From a virus (Duplodnaviria; Caudoviricetes): a stretch of 64,000 nucleotides of DNA. Numbering within the stretch: the first letter of the stretch is position 1; every line of letters starts with the position of its first letter. The stretch lies in IMG/VR virus record IMGVR_UViG_3300005611_000001, one strand, 5' to 3'. This document shows positions 15,946-24,385 of this stretch, piece after piece. Made by a program: the position numbers and the translations under genes. A model generated the notes under the pieces. The model made no database searches and had not been told where the DNA came from. It worked only from the letters and a program-made list of their open reading frames with translations.

Positions 15946-16291
15946 TTACACTGCAGAGCAGACTACTTACGTTATTGACGAGTACCTGAAGAACAAAGAC
16001 GATGATGAAGTAATTAAGCGTCTAGCCCAGGAACTCAACAAGAGTGAGAAGTCGATTATTGGTAAACTCTCCAAGGAGAATGTTTACGAAAAACGTGTTT
16101 ATCGCAGCAAGTCGGGCGAACTTCCTGTGACGAAAAAAGAGTTAGTTGCAAATCTATCTTCTTTGATTAGTGCAGACCCCGAGAGACTGCAAGGGTTGGA
16201 AAAAGCACCTAAGCTAGAGCTTAAATATCTTATCCAACGATTAGAGGACACACTGCGTGAAACAAGTACTTGCGACGGTCAAGTATTATGA
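15935..16291 (+). CDS. A2-like DNA-binding protein, copy 4
   Basis: YTAEQT..V..EY...LAQELNKSEKSIIGKLSKENVY...SKSGELPVTKKELV...GLEKAPKLEL. Confidence 0.65.
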   Translation: MSINYTAEQTTYVIDEYLKNKDDDEVIKRLAQELNKSEKSIIGKLSKENVYEKRVYRSKSGELPVTKKELVANLSSLISADPERLQGLEKAPKLELKYLIQRLEDTLRETSTCDGQVL

Positions 16292-16478
16292 AACTGCAAA
16301 CGGTAGAGACTGGAATTATAGAGGTCTCAGAGAAGTAGACCTTGGCTATGTCCATGACGAGGATCTGGAAGATGACATGGAAGAGTGGGCTCGTGGCAAG
16401 TTATATCGCTATGGTAACACTCTGACCTGTAAACAAAAACAAGAACTTGTAGGATGGACAGTTAGGGACTCTTACTAA
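16257..16478 (+). CDS. hypothetical protein
   Basis: GAGGA RBS, coupled to next gene. Confidence 0.55.
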   Translation: MKQVLATVKYYETANGRDWNYRGLREVDLGYVHDEDLEDDMEEWARGKLYRYGNTLTCKQKQELVGWTVRDSY

Positions 16479-16951
16479 TGCTTGCAGATGCGGTCATGTG
16501 TTTGGCTTTAAATATTTATTGGGAAGCTCGTAATCAGCCGATTAAGGGGAAGAGGGCGGTTGCAGAAGTAGTGATCAATCGATCATATTCTCCAAAGTTT
16601 CCTAATCATCCGTGTGATGTTATTTACCAAGCTAAAACCTGGCCGAGCGGTCATCCCAAGAAGCACCGGTGCCACTTTAGCTGGTATTGTGATGGCCTGT
16701 CAGACTACCCAACCGATTGGCGAGCATATGCTGAAGCGCTAATACTTGCTAATCGTATTTGGAGCGGGCAAGAAGATAGAGTAGCCCCGTGCGAATTATA
16801 TTATCATACAATTCAAGTGGACCCCGATTGGGCTATGAGATTTGAGCCTACACAAATAATCGGCGACCATATATTCTATAGAGAAAAAGATGAAAAAGAT
16901 TGTACTTCCCCTAGTTTTCGCAAGTTTGATTTCCACGGCCAACGCTGGTGA
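16478..16951 (+). CDS. cell wall hydrolase, SleB/Hydrolase_2 family
   Basis: CLALNIYWEARNQ...AVAEVVINR...FSWYCDG...IGDHIFYR. Confidence 0.9.
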   Translation: MLADAVMCLALNIYWEARNQPIKGKRAVAEVVINRSYSPKFPNHPCDVIYQAKTWPSGHPKKHRCHFSWYCDGLSDYPTDWRAYAEALILANRIWSGQEDRVAPCELYYHTIQVDPDWAMRFEPTQIIGDHIFYREKDEKDCTSPSFRKFDFHGQRW

Positions 16952-17123
16952 TGACACCAAAGATTATAACGCTTGTCTTCAATCCATTAAGCATGAGTAT
17001 CAAGATGTTGCTAAAACCCGCATTTCTCGTATGAACCGGCACAAGATTAAGATTATTGTGTGGGATTTGACTGGCAAGCACGTTGTTTACTGTGATCGTA
17101 AGACGAAAGAGGTGCATGAGTGA
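16890..17123 (+). CDS. small exported protein
   Basis: Signal peptide MKKIVLPLVFASLISTANA. Confidence 0.6.
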   Translation: MKKIVLPLVFASLISTANAGDDTKDYNACLQSIKHEYQDVAKTRISRMNRHKIKIIVWDLTGKHVVYCDRKTKEVHE

Positions 17124-17653
17124 TCGGTGAGAAAGTACCAAATGTTACTCTCTACACGAGAGTTCGTGATGAAAGTATTGAAGGACCAAATCCGTTTCGT
17201 TGGGAACTTGTGCAGACAGGCGAGCTTTTTACAGGAAAGACTGTAGTAGTCTTTTCTCTGCCTGGAGCATTTACTCCAACGTGCAGCACTTATCAGCTTC
17301 CGAACTTTGAGAAGCTGTATAATAAGTTTCAGTTGCAAGGAGTGGACGAGGTCTATGTGTGCAGTGTAAATGATGCGTTTGTCATGAATAAATGGCTAGA
17401 GCATCAAGACGTGAAAAACGTTAAGGCACTTCCTGATGGAAATGGTGACTTCACTCGCGCTATGGGTATGCTCGTGGATAAAGAAAATCTTGGTTTTGGA
17501 AAACGAAGCTGGAGATATGCCTTTATCGCTCGAGACGGCAATATCTCGCATTGGTTTGTGGAGCCTGGTTTCCGTAACAATGCTGACGACGATCCTTATG
17601 GTGAAACAGATCCTGAACATATCTTGAAAATTTTTCTTGATTCTTTGGACTAA
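17120..17653 (+). CDS. peroxiredoxin (Prx5-like)
   Basis: SLPGAFTPTCS, SVNDAFVM..W, PDGNGDFT, RSWRYA. Confidence 0.9.
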   Translation: MIGEKVPNVTLYTRVRDESIEGPNPFRWELVQTGELFTGKTVVVFSLPGAFTPTCSTYQLPNFEKLYNKFQLQGVDEVYVCSVNDAFVMNKWLEHQDVKNVKALPDGNGDFTRAMGMLVDKENLGFGKRSWRYAFIARDGNISHWFVEPGFRNNADDDPYGETDPEHILKIFLDSLD

Positions 17654-17665
17654 AAGCCATATAAT
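17637..17665 (+). promoter_or_regulatory. promoter for ncRNA/tRNA unit
   Basis: TTGATT-17-TATAAT. Confidence 0.75.
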
Positions 17666-17671
17666 ATATAA

Positions 17672-17860
17672 GAAATGGGGGCAGCCGGACCCATAAATCC
17701 GGCATTATAGAGCCCTCCAAGCCTCTTAACAATGCTCAAATCGTGAGGGCCGTTTACCGGTTGTTGGTTCGCCCGGTCTGTCGTTAGCAAGCGCCATCAG
17801 CCACGATTAAGTTGCGTATAGGGGTGGTGCCCAAGGGCGAGATGCAGATAAAAACCATCA
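17672..17860 (+). ncRNA. candidate structured RNA leader before tRNA-Thr
   Basis: Non-coding, GC-rich hairpins GCCGGA..TCCGGC, GCCCTC..GAGGGC, ACCGG..CCGGT. Confidence 0.4.
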
Positions 17861-17867
17861 TTTTTCT

Positions 17868-17942
17868 GCCTCCTTGGCCGAATGGTAAGGCAACTGATTT
17901 GTAATCAGTAGATTGGGAGTTCGATTCTCTCAGGAGGCACCA
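17868..17942 (+). tRNA. tRNA-Thr(UGU)
   Basis: Acceptor GCCTCCT/AGGAGGC, anticodon arm ACTGA-TTTGTAA-TCAGT, TTCGA loop, encoded CCA. Confidence 0.9.
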
Positions 17943-17957
17943 GTTTTTGGAGTGGCT

Positions 17958-18122
17958 ATGTTTACGGAAAAAGAATTATTTCTTATTTTAAAAAATCTAA
18001 GAAGTCAGGAAACGATACTTAACTTTAAGTACGTTGACGATGATAGTGCTGACGTAATTGAAGAGTTGTCTGAAGTTCGTAGTCTAATCAATAAAGTTCA
18101 AGAACTCATTCTGCCCGCTTAG
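17958..18122 (+). CDS. hypothetical protein between tRNAs
   Basis: GGAG RBS before ATG 17958; stop overlaps tRNA-Arg 5' end. Confidence 0.5.
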   Translation: MFTEKELFLILKNLRSQETILNFKYVDDDSADVIEELSEVRSLINKVQELILPA

Positions 18123-18189
18123 CTCAGCTGGATAGAGCATCTGCCTTCTAAGCAGACGGTCGGGAGTTCGAGCCTCTCAGCGGGTACCA
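18113..18189 (+). tRNA. tRNA-Arg(UCU)
   Basis: GCCCGCT/AGCGGGT, TCTGC-CTTCTAA-GCAGA, TTCGA, CCA. Confidence 0.95.
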
Positions 18190-18192
18190 ATT

Positions 18193-18342
18193 ATGACGAA
18201 AGAAGAAATCACGGCGGGGTTGCTCAAAGCCCTTGAAAACGAAAACAAAGCAGAAGCTAGAAGATATTTGCGTCTGCTACGAAAAGCAGGAGAAGAGGAA
18301 TGGGAACTCGAGGCATACGAAGTAATCCTGGAGAGCGAGTAG
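18193..18342 (+). CDS. 49-aa hypothetical protein
   Basis: MTKEEITAGLLKALENENKAEARRYLRLLRKAGEEEWELEAYEVILESE. Confidence 0.45.
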   Translation: MTKEEITAGLLKALENENKAEARRYLRLLRKAGEEEWELEAYEVILESE

Positions 18343-18462
18343 CTCTTGCAAAATGTCATGCGTTGCTAAGATACCTGGAAACGCATAAAGACCCCGTAGT
18401 GGGGCAAAAAGCTCGAATACTCCAGCGTGAGATTGAAGATTTGATACCGGGGCTGCCCCGCT

Positions 18463-18485
18463 AAACCCGCCTAGAGCGGGTTTTT
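18463..18485 (+). terminator. rho-independent terminator
   Basis: AAACCCGC-CTAGA-GCGGGTTTTT. Confidence 0.8.
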
Positions 18486-19064
18486 ATTGCCGGCGGGGTC
18501 ATCGTAAGACCTACTGAGCTAGAAAATATAGACAGTCACGGCGGGGCCTTCCTCACAATTTTCGTTTACGTAAGCTAGGAGAAACTTCGTGTGAAAGAGG
18601 GATAACTTTGAGTAATTTTATTACTTATTCTCTTAAATACGTCCCTTACGAAGGTAACGACTCATATTAGACTTATGGGCTTCAACAAGTGGGAGTGAAG
18701 TATAACCCCGCTTTAGTTTCGTTGAGAAAATCGCGAATTGTCGCATACCCGTCTTAAAAAGTAAATTACATATGGAAGTTTGGTTTCTTCCAGTTATTAT
18801 GCAATAACGGGGATTTAGAGAACCATGCAATTAACTCTAGAGCATTCCAACGATATATCGAAAAAGAAAGGTTTTTATTACACCTGGAGAGAAAGGGTTC
18901 CGCTAAGGCTACACCTTTCGCTCCGACGCTGTAAAAAACGATTTCAATTGCGATATCACTTTGGAGGATTTCACTCTAGGCTTAAGCGCAGCTTCTCATC
19001 AGATTTTAGCTCGGCAGTAGCGAGGCAGAAGTAACTAACATAGCTGCTTCTAAAGAATATAAAT

Positions 19065-19093
19065 ATTTTATCATACATCTATTTGAATGTAAA
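19065..19093 (-). promoter_or_regulatory. promoter into a largely non-coding region
   Basis: AAAAATAATTC-TTTACA-17-(TGn)TAAAAT. Confidence 0.65.
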
Positions 19094-19157
19094 GAATTAT
19101 TTTTGAGCAGGTATGACTACTTTCAGCTGTGTGCTTCGATAGCCATAAAAAAGGCTC

Positions 19158-19532
19158 TTAAAAGGGCCTTAGTGAGTAAGTAAATTTTCTTATCTTTCCT
19201 GCCGCTTTTGAATCGATTTCTTCTGCATTATAGTGCGCAAGCAATGCATTTCCGTACATACATTTCCAGGGAACTTCCCCGGGGTCAGTGCGCGTTGTAT
19301 GTAACTTCCAGATTTCACTCGTAGGACGTTTCATACAGGTCAAATAAAGCCATACGTTCGGAGTCTTCTCAAGTTTACACATTTTACAATGCCCTCTCTG
19401 TAGTAGTGCTCGAGGACTCTCTTTCCAGCGATGTCCTCGCTCACACTCATGTTCGATCGGTCGATTCATACTCCAGTATCGACCTACCGGCCACATTCCT
19501 TCAAGTCGTAAAGTGTATTCTCGTGTATTCAT
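19158..19532 (-). CDS. hypothetical protein with zinc-ribbon-like motif
   Basis: CERGHRW...GHCKMC. Confidence 0.6.
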   Translation of the reverse strand: MNTREYTLRLEGMWPVGRYWSMNRPIEHECERGHRWKESPRALLQRGHCKMCKLEKTPNVWLYLTCMKRPTSEIWKLHTTRTDPGEVPWKCMYGNALLAHYNAEEIDSKAAGKIRKFTYSLRPF

Positions 19533-19696
19533 AGTTTTATTGCTACCATTACTATAAGAGCAATCAGTAGAATATTGACCATCAATAACTCAAGTGCGAG
19601 TATCGTATGATACCAGATCCATCGCGTTTTGTACGCGTTATCAACAGTCAAGTCCTCTGGATCAGGAGACTTGAAAATGTACTTTCGTATATTCAT
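19529..19696 (-). CDS. 55-aa membrane protein
   Basis: Not in ORF track: ...PDPEDLTVDNAYKTRWIWYHTILALELLMVNILLIALIVMVAIKL. Confidence 0.6.
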   Translation of the reverse strand: MNIRKYIFKSPDPEDLTVDNAYKTRWIWYHTILALELLMVNILLIALIVMVAIKL

Positions 19697-19898
19697 ACAT
19701 TATCTCGTTCAGACTGAGACAGTGTTTGCTCTCAAAGTTCTCAATAAAGTTTTCAAATCTTGGAGTATAACTCGTGAAATACTCTCTCACGGGGTCGACG
19801 CAAAGTGGATCAAAGCACAATATAAACCACCCCTCTTTTCTTTTCTCTAGACTATATCTCCACATTGGGGGAAATCCATCATTACTACCCAGGGCCAT
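19662..19898 (-). CDS. hypothetical protein
   Basis: TAATG coupling, operon context. Confidence 0.5.
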   Translation of the reverse strand: MALGSNDGFPPMWRYSLEKRKEGWFILCFDPLCVDPVREYFTSYTPRFENFIENFESKHCLSLNEIMYEYTKVHFQVS

Positions 19899-20068
19899 TA
19901 ATGAACAGGGCTCCAGTTAAACAATTCAGGAAACATATTTAAAGTGCGGTACATAGAATTAGGATCAAGCTCCCAGAACTCTTTCCACTCAGGATCTTCA
20001 TTCATCGAAACTACGTAACGAACATATGGTTCAGTAGGATGCTTTAGATAGAAGAGTCTTATTTCCAT
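19898..20068 (-). CDS. 56-aa hypothetical protein
   Basis: Not in ORF track; MEIRLFYLKHP...; fills gap in operon. Confidence 0.5.
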   Translation of the reverse strand: MEIRLFYLKHPTEPYVRYVVSMNEDPEWKEFWELDPNSMYRTLNMFPELFNWSPVH

Positions 20069-20451
20069 ATGCAGGGTTCCAGATTCGGCTCACGATAGTT
20101 AGGGCCTTTCATTACTTTACCATCTTCACGCCGCAGAGGCTTACCGTCAGCCCCGAGCTTACTCATGTTGCTTGAATGTACTTCTTCAAAGCAAGAGTCT
20201 AGATCAATACCGAAAGCATGACCGGCTCCTAGGGTGACATAAAGAATGTCCGTAAGAGCGTCGGCCACTTCAATAAGTGCTTCTTTCTCATCAATAAGCC
20301 CCTGCTCGTACTTATACAGGCCGTCTCGAAGTTCCTGAACTTCTTCCTCAATAAGATGAAGTCGAAGTTCTAGCGGGCGATTCTTTAGCGCCGGTTCTTC
20401 GTGAACGTGCTGCCCGAAAGAGCGCATAAACTCTGCTACTTTGTTAAACAT
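20059..20451 (-). CDS. MazG-like NTP pyrophosphohydrolase (PRA-PH-like family)
   Basis: LIEEEVQEL...EVADALTDILYV...EVHSSNMSKL...DGKVMKGPNY. Confidence 0.85.
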   Translation of the reverse strand: MFNKVAEFMRSFGQHVHEEPALKNRPLELRLHLIEEEVQELRDGLYKYEQGLIDEKEALIEVADALTDILYVTLGAGHAFGIDLDSCFEEVHSSNMSKLGADGKPLRREDGKVMKGPNYREPNLEPCIWK

Positions 20452-20474
20452 AATAATCCTCCACTTGGAAGAAT

Positions 20475-20503
20475 ATTATAGCTTACACCACACAGAAAGT
20501 CAA
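20475..20503 (-). promoter_or_regulatory. early promoter
   Basis: TTGACT-17-TATAAT. Confidence 0.85.
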
Positions 20504-20520
20504 GTAGTATTTTTTAGCAC

Positions 20521-20548
20521 ATAAAAAAGCCCTCTTCGTGAGGGCCTT
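20521..20548 (-). terminator. rho-independent terminator
   Basis: GCCCTC-ACGAA-GAGGGC + T-tract on minus strand. Confidence 0.75.
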
Positions 20549-20601
20549 ACTGCAGCTGCGCCGAACACGCTTTTTCAGTATATAAAAACGTTTTCCGTGT
20601 G

Positions 20602-20835
20602 TCAATCCGCAGCCTGACCCAGAATCTTTACTAACTCATCATAGCCACCAATCCAGTGCCCGTCGATAAGTATCTTCGGATAAGTACGACTTCTAGGAAA
20701 CTCCTCACGAGCCTCGCTTTCATCAAAGTCATAATGAAGAAGCCGGTACTTATAAGGTAGTCCGGCTTCTTCAAGTAATATTTTGCTTTCTTCGCAGAAC
20801 TTACAGAAGTTCTTGCCCCAGATTTCTATGTCCAT
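20602..20835 (-). CDS. glutaredoxin-like protein
   Basis: CKFC active site, TYPKI..DG.WIGGYDEL. Confidence 0.85.
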   Translation of the reverse strand: MDIEIWGKNFCKFCEESKILLEEAGLPYKYRLLHYDFDESEAREEFPRSRTYPKILIDGHWIGGYDELVKILGQAAD

Positions 20836-21206
20836 AGCGTCGCCAAGTATTTCCCGAAGAGTTCGTAACCTCTTTGAATTCTAGCTTCGTACTCTTCCGT
20901 TAAGTTTACGCCCCCTTCAAACAGAGTGCCGGGCTCACGATATATGGGAGCTTCCAGAGTTACCTGTTCAAAGGTCCAAATTAATTCATTAAGAAGCCAT
21001 TGCCAGCGATCATAATCGTACTCGTTCATGTTTCTTAGATCCACGGGTACGTCAGAATTGTCGACTGTGCCGAAACTCACATCGTTTTCCTGCAACTTGA
21101 GTAACATGGCATAGACTAAAGGAGCAAGTGTACTTTCAAAAGACATGATGTCTTCATCTTCTACATTTAACTCTTTTACTTGCAGATTATGTCTTCGGTA
21201 AATCAT
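20826..21206 (-). CDS. conserved phage hypothetical protein
   Basis: TLAPLV..ML..L...DVP..L...RWQWLLNELIWTFE...RIQRG.ELFGKY..LW. Confidence 0.7.
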   Translation of the reverse strand: MIYRRHNLQVKELNVEDEDIMSFESTLAPLVYAMLLKLQENDVSFGTVDNSDVPVDLRNMNEYDYDRWQWLLNELIWTFEQVTLEAPIYREPGTLFEGGVNLTEEYEARIQRGYELFGKYLATLWT

Positions 21207-22183
21207 ATGTGAGCCAGCCTTTCCATAAAGGTGGAATAACATTTTTCCCAGGACCACTCAGGTCCGGAAACTCGTCCAAGACTTTTGCATTTTTCTATAG
21301 CTTCTTCTAAGTTATTGCTGAGATATCCTGTTTTATTTATCTCTACAATATCGCAGGGTCCGGGTACTGGATAAGCTGCAACCGGAGTTCCTAGTGCTAA
21401 ACTTTCGATAAGTACAATTCCAAAGGTATCGGAGCGGCTGGGAAAGCAAAAAACTTCAGAAGAAGCATATTCATCTGCAAGTTCTTGACCTTTTTTGTAC
21501 CCAACAAAATTTACATTAGAATATTTTTGTTCGAGTATTTTTCTCTCGGGGCCGTCGCCTACAATATGAATGTCATACTTCGATCCCAATACACATAGGT
21601 CTTCTAAGTTTTTCTCTTTGCTAACTCTTCCAACGTACAGCACACGATTTTTAACTGGCTTTTTATTACTGATAAATTGAGCCTTATCTACCCCACGGCT
21701 CCATAATATTAAACTACCATTAAATTTTTTATCACGAAGCTGCAAGCGAATGGACTCTGTAGGAACCAAAGTATTTGCCGCTCTAGAGTGAAACCATCTT
21801 AGATACTTCCACGTAATACCAGAGGGAATTTTATACATCTTTTCTAAAAACATAGGAAATTGAGTATGATAGCTAGTAGTAAATTTCCAGTTTTTCTTAA
21901 TACAATAAAGTCGAGTTAAAAGCCCAAGAGGCCCTTCTGTAGCGATATGAATATGAGTAGGCTTATAGGAAGAAATTTCTTGAAAAACCTTCAAAGGCTG
22001 AACCGTAAGCCTTACTTCGGGGTACCCAAAAGCAGAAACATTGCGAAAGTCATCAGGAGTAAGAAGCCGAAGCTCCGCATAGTCTGGCATAAAAACTTTG
22101 GCAAGTTCTTGAATTTTATTTAGAGTTATTGCAACTCCGTTGACTTGACTTGTTAAGTTGTCACTTACTACTAAAACTCGCAT
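21203..22183 (-). CDS. GT4 glycosyltransferase, Agt-like (candidate diacylglycerol glycosyltransferase)
   Basis: QVNGVAITL, HIATEGPLG, FTTSYHT.FP, WSRGVD, LYVGRVSKEKN, VGDGP, FPSRSDTFG.V.IESLA.GTPVAAYPVPGP. Confidence 0.85.
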   Translation of the reverse strand: MRVLVVSDNLTSQVNGVAITLNKIQELAKVFMPDYAELRLLTPDDFRNVSAFGYPEVRLTVQPLKVFQEISSYKPTHIHIATEGPLGLLTRLYCIKKNWKFTTSYHTQFPMFLEKMYKIPSGITWKYLRWFHSRAANTLVPTESIRLQLRDKKFNGSLILWSRGVDKAQFISNKKPVKNRVLYVGRVSKEKNLEDLCVLGSKYDIHIVGDGPERKILEQKYSNVNFVGYKKGQELADEYASSEVFCFPSRSDTFGIVLIESLALGTPVAAYPVPGPCDIVEINKTGYLSNNLEEAIEKCKSLGRVSGPEWSWEKCYSTFMERLAHI

Positions 22184-22347
22184 TTCTTCTTGTTCCATCT
22201 TTTAATAGCAGCCTTACGAGCACGACGACGAGCGTCACTCGGTTTCTCATAAAACTGGCGCTCACGATATTCCTGGAGCTTCTCGCTCACACCGCGTTTT
22301 AGCTTTCTTAGTGCGCGATCAACATTGTTCTTCACTTGTACTTTCAA
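22171..22347 (-). CDS. rpsU: ribosomal protein bS21
   Basis: Not in ORF track (58 aa, TTG start, AGGA RBS): MKVQVKNNVDRALRKLKRGVSEKLQEYRERQFYEKPSDARRRARKAAIKRWNKKKCEF. Confidence 0.9.
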   Translation of the reverse strand: MKVQVKNNVDRALRKLKRGVSEKLQEYRERQFYEKPSDARRRARKAAIKRWNKKKCEF

Positions 22348-22543
22348 ACTGTAGTCCTAGTTGGCTGTCCACGAGACAGCGCATTGTCTGCAATACTTGC
22401 CCCGCATTGACGAGAAAATCGTCATCCTCAAGTGAACAGCCATACTCCAGACATTTTTTCGTAAATTCGGTAAACAGCTCGTCTACCATATCCTCTCTAC
22501 GGTCAAGAACCGTATACTTCTCACGAGGGAATTGAATAACCAT
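22319..22543 (-). CDS. hypothetical protein
   Basis: First gene after promoter; begins MVIQFP. Confidence 0.6.
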   Translation of the reverse strand: MVIQFPREKYTVLDRREDMVDELFTEFTKKCLEYGCSLEDDDFLVNAGQVLQTMRCLVDSQLGLQFESTSEEQC

Positions 22544-22614
22544 ATATTACTCTCAAAGGAAGTTATGCCTCTTGCTTAATAAAAAGCGGCTTAAATAACC
22601 CTCCATACTCGCGT

Positions 22615-22703
22615 ATTGTAGCTCACTTTCGTCTGGCTGTCAACAAACATTTTTAGGTAGCTTAAAAATAAGTGTTGACACGGCGGGGTCTTTCCCGTAT
22701 AAT
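22615..22703. promoter_or_regulatory. divergent promoter pair
   Basis: - TTGACA-17-TACAAT (22615-22643); + TTGACA-17-TATAAT (22675-22703). Confidence 0.85.
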
Positions 22704-22728
22704 ATATCCATAATTTAGGAGAAATCCC

Positions 22729-22899
22729 ATGAAAATTTTACCCGCTTCTCCCGTGTTTCCCATCAATCCGTTTCAAGAGAGAGTCGAGATTACGACTTAT
22801 CGAGTATCGAACGAGGATGTGCGAGAAGTAACCTACGTGTATGATTCCGAAGGAAATCTAGAAACAACTCGTGTTGTAACTGTGGATGTAGAAGTATGA
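22729..22899 (+). CDS. 56-aa hypothetical protein
   Basis: AGGAG RBS; not in ORF track. Confidence 0.6.
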   Translation: MKILPASPVFPINPFQERVEITTYRVSNEDVREVTYVYDSEGNLETTRVVTVDVEV

Positions 22900-23141
22900 A
22901 AGTAAAGATACCGGAACAAGAAACTCTCACTCAGACTCTTATTGATTGGGCCTGGGAAAAAAAGAAAGCTGGAATCACATTTAAAAAGACTCAAGAGCTA
23001 ATTAAATGTGATGCTACAGAATTTTCTCATCTTCGCAAAGGAAAAAGAAATTTCTCTCTAGAGCGTCTCATTGCAATGCTACGACGTACAGGTGAGTTTG
23101 AAATCGAAGTTATCGTGAGGAGAAAAAATGAAACACTGTAA
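22896..23141 (+). CDS. XRE-like helix-turn-helix protein
   Basis: TFKKTQELI..DATEFSHLRKGKRNFSLERLIAML. Confidence 0.65.
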   Translation: MKVKIPEQETLTQTLIDWAWEKKKAGITFKKTQELIKCDATEFSHLRKGKRNFSLERLIAMLRRTGEFEIEVIVRRKNETL

Positions 23142-23204
23142 GTTTTGGTCCTTTCATCAGCGCAAGTTTCTTTCCTATGACGAGTGGATTAAGGAGACTT
23201 GGTA

Positions 23205-23450
23205 ATGATCATTTTTGATCTTGAACAAGAAATTATGAAAGCCTGGAGTGTCGTAGACGATCTCAAGGATGCGGTAGAGTTTTTAAATGAGTGGCAAGGC
23301 GATGCTCTGAATCCTGAAGATAAGCGAGATAATCTTCTTCTGGGCATGGCAGCTCTCTATCAGATGCGCTTTGAACGTCTCTGGAACACTTTTGAAAAAG
23401 TTACGAAAGAACATCACGCTTTGCGTAGGAATCAAGCAGATGAAAAATAG
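23205..23450 (+). CDS. hypothetical protein
   Basis: FDLEQEIM..W.VVDDL...LLGM..LYQMRFERLW. Confidence 0.6.
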   Translation: MIIFDLEQEIMKAWSVVDDLKDAVEFLNEWQGDALNPEDKRDNLLLGMAALYQMRFERLWNTFEKVTKEHHALRRNQADEK

Positions 23451-23697
23451 ATACGGCGACGAGTATCATTGGGAAAAACTCAATGACAAAGAATACAAGT
23501 TTGTGATGGAAGGCGAGTCGATGGATTACTGTCTTTGGGGCGCGAAAGAAGGCCAAGATAAAATCGATATGAATGATCTTGGTATGTTCGATCCAAGTGG
23601 GGGCCCGTATGTTGCAATTGGATCTTTAGTAGAAGGTAAAGCCATCGAACACATTCGTAGAGCTGAAGAAGGTTTTATCGTAAAGGTAAAGCTATGA
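23440..23697 (+). CDS. hypothetical protein
   Basis: MKNRYGDEY...MFDPSGGPY. Confidence 0.6.
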   Translation: MKNRYGDEYHWEKLNDKEYKFVMEGESMDYCLWGAKEGQDKIDMNDLGMFDPSGGPYVAIGSLVEGKAIEHIRRAEEGFIVKVKL

Positions 23698-24149
23698 GCA
23701 ATAAGAAACTGTTGGAAGGACTTGACGAACTGCGCGAATCACTGCAAGAAGCACATGCTGAGTACGAAGCCGAGAACGATGCATGGTGGAACGGTCTCAC
23801 TGAAGAAGAACGTGAAGATGCGTTCTATGCGGTAATCAAGCGAATGTATCAAGCAGAAGTAATAAATCGCCGTACTTATCGTGGTGCACTGTATGATGTG
23901 TTTGGATTTGATATGGGTATGTACGGCCAAGGCATGAGTTGTGGATACTTTAACCTACACAATATGATCTTCGATAGTTTTGAGTTGAGTGCTATGAAGA
24001 ATGTAACTCGCTTTGAAGTGATTGATGATAAAGGTCGTACTTATGTTAAGTATCTAAAGGACGACGAAGTAATCAAGTATAGTTTACAAGATGATGACCG
24101 TACACTCAAAGTGTTTATTGACAACCTAAGGTGGAAAGAAGATTTATGA
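23694..24149 (+). CDS. hypothetical protein
   Basis: ATGA coupling; ends SLQDDDRTLKVFI motif. Confidence 0.65.
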   Translation: MSNKKLLEGLDELRESLQEAHAEYEAENDAWWNGLTEEEREDAFYAVIKRMYQAEVINRRTYRGALYDVFGFDMGMYGQGMSCGYFNLHNMIFDSFELSAMKNVTRFEVIDDKGRTYVKYLKDDEVIKYSLQDDDRTLKVFIDNLRWKEDL

Positions 24150-24367
24150 ACGAACGAATCCAAGACCTGTATCGAGAAGCAGAGAAATCTGTTGCGTTCG
24201 TGAGTAACTCAACGGAATCTAAACAACTGATCATACGGGAAAAGTTCGCCGAGTTGATTGTACAAGAATGTGCTAGTATTGTGTATAAAACTTGTCAAGA
24301 TGGTGATGCTGGTGCCCAGGCTATTTTGTATGAATTTGATATTGACAATGCCAGAAGTCAAAAATAA
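24146..24367 (+). CDS. small phage protein (EKFAELIV family)
   Basis: MNERIQDL...EKFAELIVQECA. Confidence 0.6.
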   Translation: MNERIQDLYREAEKSVAFVSNSTESKQLIIREKFAELIVQECASIVYKTCQDGDAGAQAILYEFDIDNARSQK

Positions 24368-24385
24368 ACATTTCGGAGTTGAAGA

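Noticed and set aside
17672-17860. tmRNA, RNase P or SRP RNA
   Set aside because: No tRNA-like 3' end with CCA, no GAGGAAAGUCC, no SRP GGAA/AGCAG loop motif
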